The notes: generated by a model from the letters alone, not told the origin. 64,000 nucleotides of DNA from Flavobacteriaceae bacterium (GCA_964230605.1 CAXRIN010000083.1:2643-66642); one strand, 5' to 3'. Shown: positions 28,055 through 39,037, counted from the first letter of the stretch. Numbers and translations are program-made.

Positions 28055-30256
28055 ATGAAGAAATTATTAATCCTACCATTACTATTTATTTTATCGTTTA
28101 TTAATCAAGCAGAAGCCCAGAAAAAGGAGCCTACGCTTGAGTTGGCAACATTTTTAAAAGCTAAAACCAAGGTCAAGGATCCTATAATTACTGTTTATGA
28201 TGAGTCTGGGAAGAAGCTAACCGTAAATTCTGCTACTACAGCTGGTGGTAGAATTCTTCTGTATTTTCCTTTTAATAAGAAATACAAAGTAGTAGTTGAA
28301 AGAGAGGGATTCGTAACAATAAACTTTACAGTAAACGCTAATTTACCTGAAGGTGAAAAGGCTGAGAATATGTCTTCAGATTTAGATTTGAAAATGATAG
28401 AACAGCCTTTGGATGGCTCAAAAGAAGTTTTTGATAAGCCTGTTGCAAAAGTTGATTACATCAAAAAGATTGGAATGTTTGATTTTGATTGGGATTATGA
28501 TGATGAAATTTCTGATGAGTTAGCTGATTTAGAAAAGAAAATTAGAGATAAGGACAAGAAATATGAAAAAGACCTAAAGGATAAAGATTCTGAAATTGCG
28601 AAGGCAGAATTTGAAAAACAGAAGGCAGAAGAAGAAGCACGCAAGGCAGAAGCAGAGGCGGCTAAAGAGGCAGCGAGAAAAGCTGCGGAAGAGGAAGCTA
28701 AAAAAGCAGAGGCTGCAAAAGCAGCAGCAAAATTGGAAGAAGAGCGTTTAAAAGAGGAGCAGAGAAAAGCAGAGGAAGCTAGAAAAGCAAAAGAAGAAGA
28801 GTTAAAAAGATTAGCTGCTGAAGAAGAACAAGCCAGAAAAGAAGCAGAGGAGGCTCAAAGAAAAGCTGAAGAAGAGAGAAAGAAGCGTGAAGAGGAAGAG
28901 AAAAAATTAGAAGAGGAAAGAAGAAAAGCTGAAGAAGCTGCAAAAAAAGCTGAAGAAGAGAGATTAAAATTAGAGGAAGAAAAAAGGCTTGCTGCTGAAG
29001 CAGAAAAAGCAGCAAGAGAAGCTGAAGAAGAAAGAAAACGTAAAGAGGAAGAAGCTCGAAAAGCTGAGGAGGAAAAAAAGAGATTAGAGGAAGAGGAGAA
29101 AAAGAGATTAGAGGAGGAGAAACGTAAAGCTGAAGAAGAAGCAAAAAGAAAGGCGGAAGAAGAGGCCGCTAAAAAGGCTGAGGAGGAACGATTGAGAAAG
29201 GAAGAAGAAGCTAGAAAGAAAGCTGAGGAGGAAGCTAGAAAAGCAGAAGAGGAGCGAAAACGCAAAGAGGAAGAGGCTCGAAAAGCTGAAGAGGAAAGGA
29301 AAAAACAAGAAGAGTTAGCTAGAAAAGAGGAGGAAGAGCGTCAACGAAAATTAGAAGAAGAAAGAAAGCGTAAGGAAGAAGAAGCACGTGAAAAAGCTGA
29401 AGCTGAAGAGTTGGCAAGATTAGAAGCTTTAAAAAAGGCAAGAGAGGAGAGAGAAAAGCAAGAAGCTGAAAAAAGAGCAAAAGCTGAAGAGGAAAGAAAG
29501 CGTTTAGAAGAAGAAAGAAAGAGAGAACTAGCCGAAGCTGCTAGGCAAAAAGCTGTTGAAGATAGTTTAAGACAAGTTGAGTTGGCAAGAATAAAGGCTG
29601 AAGCTGAAGAGGCGAGACTAAAAGCAGAAGAGGAAAAGAAAAAAGCTGAGGAGGCTGCAAGGATAGCTGCAGAACAAAAGCGTTTAGAGGAGGAGGCTAG
29701 GAAGAAAGCTGAGGAAGAAGAGAGAAAGCGTAAAGAAGAAGAAGCTCGAATTGCTCAAGAAAAAGAAGAAGCTCGAAAAAGAGCCGAAGAGGCAAAGCGA
29801 AAAGCAGCAGAAGAAAAAAGATTGGCTGAGTTAGCCGCGGCTAGAGAGAAAGCAAGGACTGATAGTATTGCTAAAGTTAAAGTTGCTGAAGAAGCAAGAA
29901 GAAAAGAGGCAGAAGCAGAAGCTGCCAGAAGAGCAGAAGCTGTTAGGAAATATAAAGAAGAGCAAGAAAAAAGTGCTCAAACATTGTTAGCTTCTACTGA
30001 GCCTGATGATATTGATATTTCAAAATTACAAGGTGCAGCAAAAACCACATACCTATCCAATTTGGCTAAGAAATACGGAGAAGGAAAACATACTCGTAAA
30101 ATTGAAGAGAAAAATAGAGTTATTACAATTGTAGTTGTTGTTAAAGACGGGAAAGCTACTGAATATAAGTGGGTGAAAACTTCATACGGAGGAAATTACT
30201 ACTTCATGGACGGAACTTCGATTTCAAGAACTCAATACGGAATGGGAACTTCTTGA
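28055..30256 (+). CDS. secreted protein: small N-terminal beta-rich domain, ~485-residue E/K/A/R tract, small C-terminal domain
   Basis: 733 aa with signal peptide LFILSFINQAEAQ. Residues ~155-639 are almost only E, K, R, A, L and Q. The C-terminus reads RVITIVVVVKDGKATEYKWVKTSYGGNYYFMDG. Confidence 0.7.
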   Translation: MKKLLILPLLFILSFINQAEAQKKEPTLELATFLKAKTKVKDPIITVYDESGKKLTVNSATTAGGRILLYFPFNKKYKVVVEREGFVTINFTVNANLPEGEKAENMSSDLDLKMIEQPLDGSKEVFDKPVAKVDYIKKIGMFDFDWDYDDEISDELADLEKKIRDKDKKYEKDLKDKDSEIAKAEFEKQKAEEEARKAEAEAAKEAARKAAEEEAKKAEAAKAAAKLEEERLKEEQRKAEEARKAKEEELKRLAAEEEQARKEAEEAQRKAEEERKKREEEEKKLEEERRKAEEAAKKAEEERLKLEEEKRLAAEAEKAAREAEEERKRKEEEARKAEEEKKRLEEEEKKRLEEEKRKAEEEAKRKAEEEAAKKAEEERLRKEEEARKKAEEEARKAEEERKRKEEEARKAEEERKKQEELARKEEEERQRKLEEERKRKEEEAREKAEAEELARLEALKKAREEREKQEAEKRAKAEEERKRLEEERKRELAEAARQKAVEDSLRQVELARIKAEAEEARLKAEEEKKKAEEAARIAAEQKRLEEEARKKAEEEERKRKEEEARIAQEKEEARKRAEEAKRKAAEEKRLAELAAAREKARTDSIAKVKVAEEARRKEAEAEAARRAEAVRKYKEEQEKSAQTLLASTEPDDIDISKLQGAAKTTYLSNLAKKYGEGKHTRKIEEKNRVITIVVVVKDGKATEYKWVKTSYGGNYYFMDGTSISRTQYGMGTS

Positions 30257-30299
30257 TACGAGTAGAAGGTAGAAGGTTCTTCAATTAACACGAAATTTC

Positions 30300-30325
30300 A
30301 AGGTCACTTTTAGTGACCTTTTTTT
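30300..30325 (+). terminator. rho-independent terminator
   Basis: aaggtcac-tttta-gtgacctt followed by a T-run, 44 nt after the stop of the 733-aa gene. Confidence 0.8.
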
Positions 30326-30350
30326 GTCGTGGCCTATGAGAATAGGCCAT
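30325..30350. repeat. third copy of the GGCC-stem hairpin repeat
   Basis: tgtcgtggcctatgagaataggccat matches 4339-4364 at 25/26 positions. Confidence 0.8.
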
Positions 30351-30456
30351 AGCAAGCAAAAATGTTAAGTGGAATTAATATAATTCATCTCTTACAGTTT
30401 TTTATCCGCCTTTCATCTGCCATCACCACATGCCTCTTATTATATATCTTTGCAAA

Positions 30457-30981
30457 ATGGTTGATGATAAAAAAACGCTTGCTATTCAAAAGGATTTGAT
30501 GTCAGGTGATAAAGAAGTTATTTTAAAGGGATTGAAAGAAGTGAAAGAACACGGTAGTTCTGCTATAATGTTCCATTTGTTATCGGCTACATTTAAAAGT
30601 GGTTATTCCGAAGTTCTGGAGGAAGGGAAAAAGATCCTTTTTAATATTAAAGATCAAGGGGTAGTTGGAGAACTTTTAGCTGCTTTAAAAGGTCAGGATT
30701 TTGTAGAGTATCGAGCTGATATAGCTGCATCAATCTGGGAAGCGGGTCTGAATGCAGAAGATCGATTAATAGATTTAGTTGAGATAGCAGTGGTTTCAGA
30801 TTACATGACAATTGTAGAGATCACAACTATCATTGAGAATATTGAGGCAGGCTTTCCTTATGATGAAGTAACGGAGGCTTCATTAATCATTAATGAGCAT
30901 CTACATGAAATTGATGATGAGAGCAGAATAGCTTTATTATCAAGTTTAGCTGAAACATTAAACGGCATGGCGGCAGAATAA
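30457..30981 (+). CDS. hypothetical acidic helical protein
   Basis: ORF in the track from 30430. A TATCTTTG -7 box at 30445-30452 lies inside that extension, so I prefer ATG 30457 (MVDDKKTLAIQ). Confidence 0.5.
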   Translation: MVDDKKTLAIQKDLMSGDKEVILKGLKEVKEHGSSAIMFHLLSATFKSGYSEVLEEGKKILFNIKDQGVVGELLAALKGQDFVEYRADIAASIWEAGLNAEDRLIDLVEIAVVSDYMTIVEITTIIENIEAGFPYDEVTEASLIINEHLHEIDDESRIALLSSLAETLNGMAAE

Positions 30982-31021
30982 TAAATTCTATTCCTGTCTT
31001 CCACAAACCATATGTACAAAC

Positions 31022-31029
31022 TATCTTTG
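31022..31029 (+). promoter_or_regulatory. candidate -7 promoter box TATCTTTG for the ABC-F gene
   Basis: Perfect TAnnTTTG match 21 nt upstream of ATG 31051. The same octamer occurs at 30445-30452. Confidence 0.4.
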
Positions 31030-31038
31030 CATTTCTAA

Positions 31039-32667
<1,629 letters not shown>

Positions 32668-32680
32668 AACTATAGTTGAT

Positions 32681-33451
32681 ATGAATTTAATTGAGCAAGG
32701 AAGTAAGTATTTACAAGAGTCAAATTTTGAAAAAGCAATTCAGTCTTTTACAGATTATTTGAAGATAGATGAATTGAATCCAAATGTGATTTGTTTAAGA
32801 GGTGTTGCTTTCCGAAAAGCTCAAAAGTTTCAAGAGTCTCTCGTTGATTTTCAAAAAGCTGCCAATCTAATTCCAACCAATGCTTCAGTTTATAGTGAAT
32901 TGGCTGTTACTCAATTTCACTTAAAACAATTGGCAAGTGCTTTAACTAATATGAATAAAGCGCAAGAGTTAGAGCCCCAAAATCCTTACAGATATTCAAG
33001 CAGAGCATATATTAAAGACGCTTGTGGAGATTTAGAAGGAGCAATTGCTGATTATAAAAAATGTATTGAATTAGATCCCCAAGATGCAGTTGCGCATAAT
33101 AATTTGGGTATGCTTGAGGAAAAGTTGGGTAGAAAACAAAAAGCCGAAAAACATTTTGCTAAAGCAGATGAAATCAGCAAGGATGAAAAGAGTCCATTTT
33201 TTGGGAAGTTTAATGCTTCTGGAGAGCAGGTTTTAAGTCAGGAAGAAGCTGCCAAAGAGGTTCAGAATGTAATTAAAGAAGCTCATGCCAAGGAAGAAGC
33301 CGAGAAAAAGCAAGCACAAGAAATAAAACAACAACTGGAAAAGAAAGAAGAGGAAAAGCCTTCGATTGGAAAGGTGATGTTGAGTGTTTTTAAAAGTAAG
33401 CAAGAATTTAAATCCTTCATCCAATTCATTAAAAATGGATTTAAATCCTAA
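32681..33451 (+). CDS. TPR repeat protein with K/E-rich C-terminus
   Basis: 256 aa with several 34-residue TPR-like units (e.g. AIADYKKCIELDPQDAVAHNNLGML). Confidence 0.7.
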   Translation: MNLIEQGSKYLQESNFEKAIQSFTDYLKIDELNPNVICLRGVAFRKAQKFQESLVDFQKAANLIPTNASVYSELAVTQFHLKQLASALTNMNKAQELEPQNPYRYSSRAYIKDACGDLEGAIADYKKCIELDPQDAVAHNNLGMLEEKLGRKQKAEKHFAKADEISKDEKSPFFGKFNASGEQVLSQEEAAKEVQNVIKEAHAKEEAEKKQAQEIKQQLEKKEEEKPSIGKVMLSVFKSKQEFKSFIQFIKNGFKS

Positions 33452-33480
33452 ATTTATAAGCCGAATAAAAATTATTAAAT

Positions 33481-33918
33481 ATGACAACTGCAGAGATTAT
33501 TACAGAAAAAGGAAGTATGAAAGTGGAGTTTTATGATAAGGATGCTCCAAAAACAGTAGCGAACTTCGTGAAATTATCAAAAGAAGGATTTTATGATGGA
33601 TTAACTTTTCACCGTGTAATTCCGGATTTCGTAATTCAAGGAGGTTGTCCTCAAGGAACAGGAATTGGTGGTCCTGGATATCAAATTGACTGTGAGTTAG
33701 ATGGAGATAATCAATTTCATGATAGAGGAGTGTTAAGTATGGCACACGCTGGTAGAAATACTGGAGGTTCTCAGTTTTTTATCTGTCATTCAAGAAACAA
33801 TACAGCTCACTTGGATAGAAACCATACTTGTTTTGGAAAAGTAGTTGAAGGTTTAGATGTTATCGATTCTATTTGTCAAGGTGATGAAATTGAGAAAATT
33901 GTTATTACTGAAGAGTAA
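33481..33918 (+). CDS. cyclophilin-type peptidyl-prolyl cis-trans isomerase
   Basis: 145 aa with FHRVIPDFVIQGG and MAHAGRNTGGSQFFI. Confidence 0.9.
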   Translation: MTTAEIITEKGSMKVEFYDKDAPKTVANFVKLSKEGFYDGLTFHRVIPDFVIQGGCPQGTGIGGPGYQIDCELDGDNQFHDRGVLSMAHAGRNTGGSQFFICHSRNNTAHLDRNHTCFGKVVEGLDVIDSICQGDEIEKIVITEE

Positions 33919-33942
33919 AACTTAATTGTTTTTAAATATTAG

Positions 33943-33974
33943 AAAGGAAATGTAATTACTGCATTTCCTTTTTT
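33943..33974. terminator. bidirectional rho-independent terminator between convergent genes
   Basis: 10-bp stem aaaggaaatg/catttccttt with a 9-nt loop. There is a T-run on the plus strand and an A-rich left flank. Confidence 0.75.
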
Positions 33975-33981
33975 GTTTGGA

Positions 33982-35115
33982 TTAAAGTGAAATTGCTTGA
34001 TTTGTTATCCAGGTATAAAAAGTGACAAAATGAAGAATTACACAAATGAATAAAAAGTAGTTATTGTATTTTGAAATGAAAATGATTTGTGATAAAATCA
34101 TAAATAATGGAAAGATAACAGATATAAATCTAGGCATAGATGTTACCGAGCCAGAACATAAGGGTAATAACAAACTGATGAAAATTAAAGAGTTTAAACT
34201 GAATTTTATTTTTTTACGAAACCAAATAGCAAAAATGATAATTAGAATAGTGTAAATAGAATTGAATTGTGTGGCAAAATCTCCTCTTCTGAAAAAAGAA
34301 AGAATAGGAAACATAAATTCTCTGTACCATCCCTCTTGAGCTATACTAAAGGCAAAATAGAAGCCAGTTTTTTCAAATTGATAAAGGCAATAAGCCAGAA
34401 AGGCAACAGGAGAAGTAAGAAAAAATAAAGATTGTTTGATGTTGTTTAATTTAAAGATGTTTTTCCAGTTAAAAGTAAACTTCTTCAATAGTTCGTTTTG
34501 CTCCAAATGATATAAATAGAGTGGGAGTAATATAATAATTCCGTTAGGTCTTAAAAGAGTCAGTGGGATTAGTAACAGTCCAAGGAGCCAATATTTTCTA
34601 TAATGAATTGCAATGAAGCTAAAAATCATAAATGAAAGAAAAACAGCTTCAGTGTAAAAAACAGAATAGTAGAATGAAAAGGGAAATGTGAAAATTAGGA
34701 TTGTATTGTAAAATGCGATATTATTTTTTTCGAAATAAGTAACTCCAAACCAATACGTTCCAATTATAGCTAAAGTTGAAAAAAGCGTGCTCCAAATAAG
34801 GGCACTTGTATTAAAATGAATTCCTAATAAGTTTGATGTATACTTGTTTAAAGCTGGATAAAAAGGGAAGAATGCCCATTCACTTTGTTTATATTTTTCG
34901 GCCTTTGAAAAACCAATTTCTTCTCTTTTTCTTAATTCTGGATACCCTTTTTTTGATATTTTTTCATACCAGTAAGTGTCGTTTTTTTTCCCAATACTGA
35001 TGTATTGATTATACAAGTTTGCTTTACTATCTGTTGTCGTGTAGTTGAAAATCAGATATAATACTTTAATAACCAAAGAAAATGATATTAGGAGGAAAAT
35101 ATGTTTCTTGTTCAT
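33982..35115 (-). CDS. polytopic membrane protein, probable GT-C-type (PIG-V/DUF2029-like) glycosyltransferase
   Basis: 377 aa with more than 8 TM segments. SEWAFFPFYPAL resembles the WAFFPLYP motif I recall for PIG-V-like mannosyltransferases. Confidence 0.45.
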   Translation of the reverse strand: MNKKHIFLLISFSLVIKVLYLIFNYTTTDSKANLYNQYISIGKKNDTYWYEKISKKGYPELRKREEIGFSKAEKYKQSEWAFFPFYPALNKYTSNLLGIHFNTSALIWSTLFSTLAIIGTYWFGVTYFEKNNIAFYNTILIFTFPFSFYYSVFYTEAVFLSFMIFSFIAIHYRKYWLLGLLLIPLTLLRPNGIIILLPLYLYHLEQNELLKKFTFNWKNIFKLNNIKQSLFFLTSPVAFLAYCLYQFEKTGFYFAFSIAQEGWYREFMFPILSFFRRGDFATQFNSIYTILIIIFAIWFRKKIKFSLNSLIFISLLLPLCSGSVTSMPRFISVIFPLFMILSQIIFISKYNNYFLFICVILHFVTFYTWITNQAISL

Positions 35116-35244
35116 TACTTATTTCTTTGGTACTGTAAAATTTTGCTTTCAAATTTATAGAAATTGAATTAATCTCATTTTGCTTTCTTTTAATAGTTAT
35201 TCATACTTAAGTATTCTTGATATTTTCATTAATATTGTTCTTCC

Positions 35245-36081
35245 TTGAAACAAATCTTTTCCATAATAATTCTATTTGTAATCGTTGCATGTGACAGTGA
35301 TTATCAAGATGTAAAAGTATACTATGAGTCTGGAGAGCTAAAGGCTGAAGGAGTTATGTATAAAACCTTTGAGCATGGTCCTTGGGTGAGGTATTATAAA
35401 AATGGGCAAAAGGAATCGGAAGGCGAATTTAATTTTGGAACACAGATTGGCGATTGGTTTTGGTATTTCGAGAATGGTCAATTAAAGGAAACTAGTCACT
35501 TTGAAGAAAATGACGCTCATGGTATTTCTAAAAGATATTTTGAAAATGGACAGTTAAGAGCTGAAGATTTTTGGGCTTATGACCTTAGGGACGGAAGAGC
35601 CAAAGCTTGGCATGAGAACGGAAGGTTAAATTATAACGGTTTATTTAATAGTGGTTTGCGTGATTCCGTTTGGGTTTGGTATTATGATAATGGTCAAATA
35701 GAAGATAGTGTGTTTTTTGGTCAAGGTTATGAGGAAGGTTTAGGTAGTTCATATCATAAAAACGGACAGAAAAAGTCTTACGGACAATGGCGAGCAGGTT
35801 ATAAATTTGGTGTTTGGAGATATTTTAATGAAAAGGGCGAATTAACTCAAAGAGGCGAGTTTGATGAATATGGTTACCGAGATGGTAAATGGGTTATTAA
35901 AGATTCTATTGGGCTAACTGACTCAATAACTGTTTATGTTAATGGTTACATTGATACAACTTACAAAGTGGATGTAGATACAATTAATTACGATTCATTG
36001 AATATCAAGCCTTTCGAATTAAAAGGTGAAGAACGTCAACTTGAAATCGAAGAAGACCCATATTCTGACTATCAAGGTTAA
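35245..36081 (+). CDS. MORN-repeat-variant (YwqK-like) lipoprotein
   Basis: TTG start, lipobox IVAC, and about 8 repeats of the Y(Y/F)xNGQ(L/K)xxE type. Confidence 0.7.
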   Translation: MKQIFSIIILFVIVACDSDYQDVKVYYESGELKAEGVMYKTFEHGPWVRYYKNGQKESEGEFNFGTQIGDWFWYFENGQLKETSHFEENDAHGISKRYFENGQLRAEDFWAYDLRDGRAKAWHENGRLNYNGLFNSGLRDSVWVWYYDNGQIEDSVFFGQGYEEGLGSSYHKNGQKKSYGQWRAGYKFGVWRYFNEKGELTQRGEFDEYGYRDGKWVIKDSIGLTDSITVYVNGYIDTTYKVDVDTINYDSLNIKPFELKGEERQLEIEEDPYSDYQG

Positions 36082-36941
36082 TGAAAGTCCCCAATAACAA
36101 ATTATCATCTGTAAAAGACTTCTTTTTCAAAGAGTTGAGTTTTTTGGACCAAGCAGAGGTAAAGCGTTTTTTTGAATTTCTTTGTGAAGCATGGTTAGGA
36201 TTAAGGAAGTCTGATTTGATTTTAAACCCAGATATGGAGTTATCTGAATCTGAGATATTGAAATTTCTTTATGGTATTAAAGATTTGAAAAAGAATAGAC
36301 CTGTGCAGTATGTTGCAGGTTTAATGTGGTTTTATGGATTGGAAATTGGTGTTTCAGAAGGTGTTTTAATCCCGAGACCTGAGACAGAGGAATTGGTTGA
36401 TTGGATAGTGAAGGATTACTCAAATGCTTCATTTATAGTTGATGTAGGGACCGGAAGTGGTTGTATTCCGTTGGCTTTGAAATCAAATCTTTCTGGTGCC
36501 AAAGTATTAGGTTTAGATATTTCAGTAGTAGCATTAGAAATAGCATCTAAAAATGCTTTTAAATTAAATTTGGAGGTTGATTTTAATGAATTTGATGCGT
36601 TGAATTGGTATCAATATAAATTTGAGGATAAGTTTGATGTAATAGTTAGCAATCCGCCATATATTCCTCATTCAGATAAAGAATTGATGCATGAAAATGT
36701 ACTATCATTTGAACCTGAATTAGCGCTTTTTGTCCCAAATGATTCTCCTTTGTTATTTTATCAGGCCATAGCTGATTTTGCAAAGAGCAATTTAAAAATA
36801 GGGGGGGCATTGTTTTTTGAAATTCATGAAGGTTTTGGAGAAGACACGCTTAAAATGCTTCAAGTTAAAGGTTTTTCAAATTTAGAATTAAGACAAGATC
36901 TGCAAGGTAAAGATCGGATGATTAAAGCAATTTTTGGGTAG
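36081..36941 (+). CDS. prmC: release factor glutamine N5-methyltransferase
   Basis: 286 aa with SAM motif VDVGTGSGCI and catalytic VSNPPYI. The stop TAG (36939-36941) lies inside the adjacent palindromic element. Confidence 0.85.
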   Translation: MKVPNNKLSSVKDFFFKELSFLDQAEVKRFFEFLCEAWLGLRKSDLILNPDMELSESEILKFLYGIKDLKKNRPVQYVAGLMWFYGLEIGVSEGVLIPRPETEELVDWIVKDYSNASFIVDVGTGSGCIPLALKSNLSGAKVLGLDISVVALEIASKNAFKLNLEVDFNEFDALNWYQYKFEDKFDVIVSNPPYIPHSDKELMHENVLSFEPELALFVPNDSPLLFYQAIADFAKSNLKIGGALFFEIHEGFGEDTLKMLQVKGFSNLELRQDLQGKDRMIKAIFG

Positions 36942-37008
36942 AGACGTCCCGCGGGGCGTCTAGAAAAACTTAGTTCATGCCATGAGATGCGCCTCGGCAC
37001 GTCTCTAC
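36938..37008. repeat. 71-bp GC-rich double-hairpin element with 10-bp perfect terminal inverted repeats (GTAGAGACGT...ACGTCTCTAC), copy 1
   Basis: Sequence is gtagagacgtcccgcggggcgtcta-(AT-rich spacer)-gagatgcgcctcggcacgtctctac. It fills the whole intergenic space between two convergent genes and contains both stop codons. Confidence 0.8.
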
Positions 37009-38063
37009 AGGGAGTTTATGAAATTTGTCCAATCTTTTATTACGGAATCCCAAAAGAAATCAGGTCTGGTTGATGAATTTGGGAAATCTAAAATTGAATT
37101 TTCAAGCGCTTTTACAAAACCATCTGGGAAATCATACAGAATTCCTGAAGACTCATTTTCAATTAAATGTTCTGGATAAGCTTGATGATTTGGTAGGATA
37201 GCAAAAACTCCCTGATTCATTGCTTCTGCAACACTTAATCCGAAGAAATCATGTTTGGAAGTAACAGGTAAATGAGTTGCCTGGGCTATCAAATCGTAAT
37301 ACTCTTCCTTTGTTTTAGCGAATCTGCAGTGTAGGGTTTCTTTCGGGAATTTTGAGAGAATTAATTTTTTTACTTTTTCGTCTTCAGTTCCTTTTCCAAG
37401 TACAATTAGTTTGAAAGCAATGTTTTTCGCTTGTAAATACTCCAAACCTTTAATAAACATATTTGGATTTTTATCAAATTCCCAGCGATGATTCCAGAGG
37501 ATAATAGGGACATTTGATTGAGGCTTATTTCTAGGTGAGATTTTGTCAATTGCAGAATAAATGACTTTGCTTTTAATGTTGTTGAATGGTTTGACTAATG
37601 AATTGTCTGGTAGCTTTTTAATAAGTTTTGTAGCTCCTTCGTAAAACGACTTTCTGTTAAAATCCGAATTAAAAGTAACATAGTTTGCAAATAGAGCAGA
37701 AGTAATATTTATAAATCCGTAATGGTTGTCTCTGTTGTTTTTTTTGTCTGTGTCAAGTTCACTTTCGGGGTAGGCAAACTGATTTTCATGGAAGTAAATA
37801 ATGCATGGGATTTCATCCTTGGTGATGCCTGCATATGCGTAAAATAACGGAAGGTTTACCATATCTGTAGCGATTATCAAATCGGGCTTTTTAGAGAGTT
37901 TTTTGAATTTCTCAGCCAATTCAATTGCCCCGCCTTCCATTCGCCATTTCCAGTACTTTCCAGATAAGGTTAGTAATTCTACTTCGAAAGGAAGTAGATT
38001 TTTCATTTGGGTGCCCCAGTATTTATGTGAGCCCGTAAAAAATGAATCTATTATGAGAATCAT
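37005..38063 (-). CDS. GTDC1/QTMAN-like glycosyltransferase (DUF3524 N-terminal domain plus GT1 C-terminal domain)
   Basis: 352 aa, collinear by eye with human GTDC1. Matches are ILIIDSFFTGSHK / ILIIEAFYGGSHK, YFHENQFAYP / YFHENQLIYP, ILWNHRWEFDKNP / IVWPHRWEHDKDP and SKHDFFGLSVAEA / AKHEFFGVAMLEA. Confidence 0.75.
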   Translation of the reverse strand: MILIIDSFFTGSHKYWGTQMKNLLPFEVELLTLSGKYWKWRMEGGAIELAEKFKKLSKKPDLIIATDMVNLPLFYAYAGITKDEIPCIIYFHENQFAYPESELDTDKKNNRDNHYGFINITSALFANYVTFNSDFNRKSFYEGATKLIKKLPDNSLVKPFNNIKSKVIYSAIDKISPRNKPQSNVPIILWNHRWEFDKNPNMFIKGLEYLQAKNIAFKLIVLGKGTEDEKVKKLILSKFPKETLHCRFAKTKEEYYDLIAQATHLPVTSKHDFFGLSVAEAMNQGVFAILPNHQAYPEHLIENESSGILYDFPDGFVKALENSILDFPNSSTRPDFFWDSVIKDWTNFINSL

Positions 38064-38941
38064 TTTACAATATTTTCAATTGTATAATAGCATTCAAAAG
38101 ATTTATTGCCTGACAAGTTAATTACTCCATATTTGTCTCTGAAGTCGTTATGTAATCCAGCCTGATCCGCCATTCCGTTCCAAGGTTCAATACAAATAAA
38201 AGGGGCGTTGTTTAAAGGTTTCCAGATTCCCATATGGGGATAATTATGCCACCCTACTTTTACAGATTCTAAAGATTTTTCGGTTTCGATTAAAAGAAAA
38301 GAGCTTTTTAATTCATCGAAAATTAAAGCGTCTTCATTAAATAATTCTTCTTTCAGGTTTATTTCATTTGCATTTAGCCAATTGTTTGACCTTTTACCAT
38401 TTCTAAAACCTTCAAGTGTCAACAGTATTCTGTCTGCTTCTTCATTGTGTTCAAACTTTAGTTTGTATTCATTAAAGTTTGAAGCGGAGTTAAAAGGGCA
38501 ATTAAAACCAGGGTGAGCACCAATGCAGAAAAATATTTCAGTGCTTGAAGGGTTGATGACTCTATAAAGTACTTGAAGTTCTTTTGAATTTAAAATGAAC
38601 TCAACCTGTAATTTAAACTCGAACGGATATATCTTTTTAAGATCATCGTTTGATTCAATTTCAAGTAAAATCGAGTTATCTGATTTATTTATTAGATTGA
38701 AAGACTGGTCTCTAGCAAAACCATGTTGACTTAAACTGTATACTTTATCTGCTATTCGATATTCATTCTTCTCAACTTTTCCTACAATTGGAAATAGAAT
38801 AGGAGTGTGGCGTTTCCAGTGGTTTGGGTCTGCTTGCCAAATAATTTCTCTGTTAGTGGTTTTGTCGAAATAACTACAAAGTTCCGCACCTGTTTGCTTT
38901 ATTTTGATTGATACAAGTTCGTTTTCGATAGAGAAAGTCAT
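38060..38941 (-). CDS. aldose 1-epimerase (mutarotase)-family protein
   Basis: 293 aa. It has the IWQADPNHWKRHTPILFPIVGK motif, typical of LacX/YihR-like epimerases, and HPGFN. Its stop overlaps the next start (ATGA). Confidence 0.7.
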   Translation of the reverse strand: MTFSIENELVSIKIKQTGAELCSYFDKTTNREIIWQADPNHWKRHTPILFPIVGKVEKNEYRIADKVYSLSQHGFARDQSFNLINKSDNSILLEIESNDDLKKIYPFEFKLQVEFILNSKELQVLYRVINPSSTEIFFCIGAHPGFNCPFNSASNFNEYKLKFEHNEEADRILLTLEGFRNGKRSNNWLNANEINLKEELFNEDALIFDELKSSFLLIETEKSLESVKVGWHNYPHMGIWKPLNNAPFICIEPWNGMADQAGLHNDFRDKYGVINLSGNKSFECYYTIENIVK

Positions 38942-39037
38942 GAGAATAAATTTTAAGGTTCAAATATAGTCCTATTTCTAGTATTGAGATAGGATGAGTA
39001 GGTCTCGATAAAACTTTTCTATCCCCTTGAAAAGTGT

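Noticed and set aside
28779-29308. Three long antisense ORFs (121, 136 and 66 aa) rich in L, S and F, lying opposite the E/K-rich gene.
   Set aside because: They are the reverse-complement reading of a near-homopurine GAA/AAG/GAG tract, so stop codons are depleted by composition. The sense strand encodes a protein with a signal peptide and folded end domains.
36982-37179. A 65-aa plus-strand ORF that starts inside the palindromic element and runs antisense to the GTDC1-like gene.
   Set aside because: Its start codon is supplied by the repeat element and the ORF is wholly antisense to a well-supported gene. It shows no motif.
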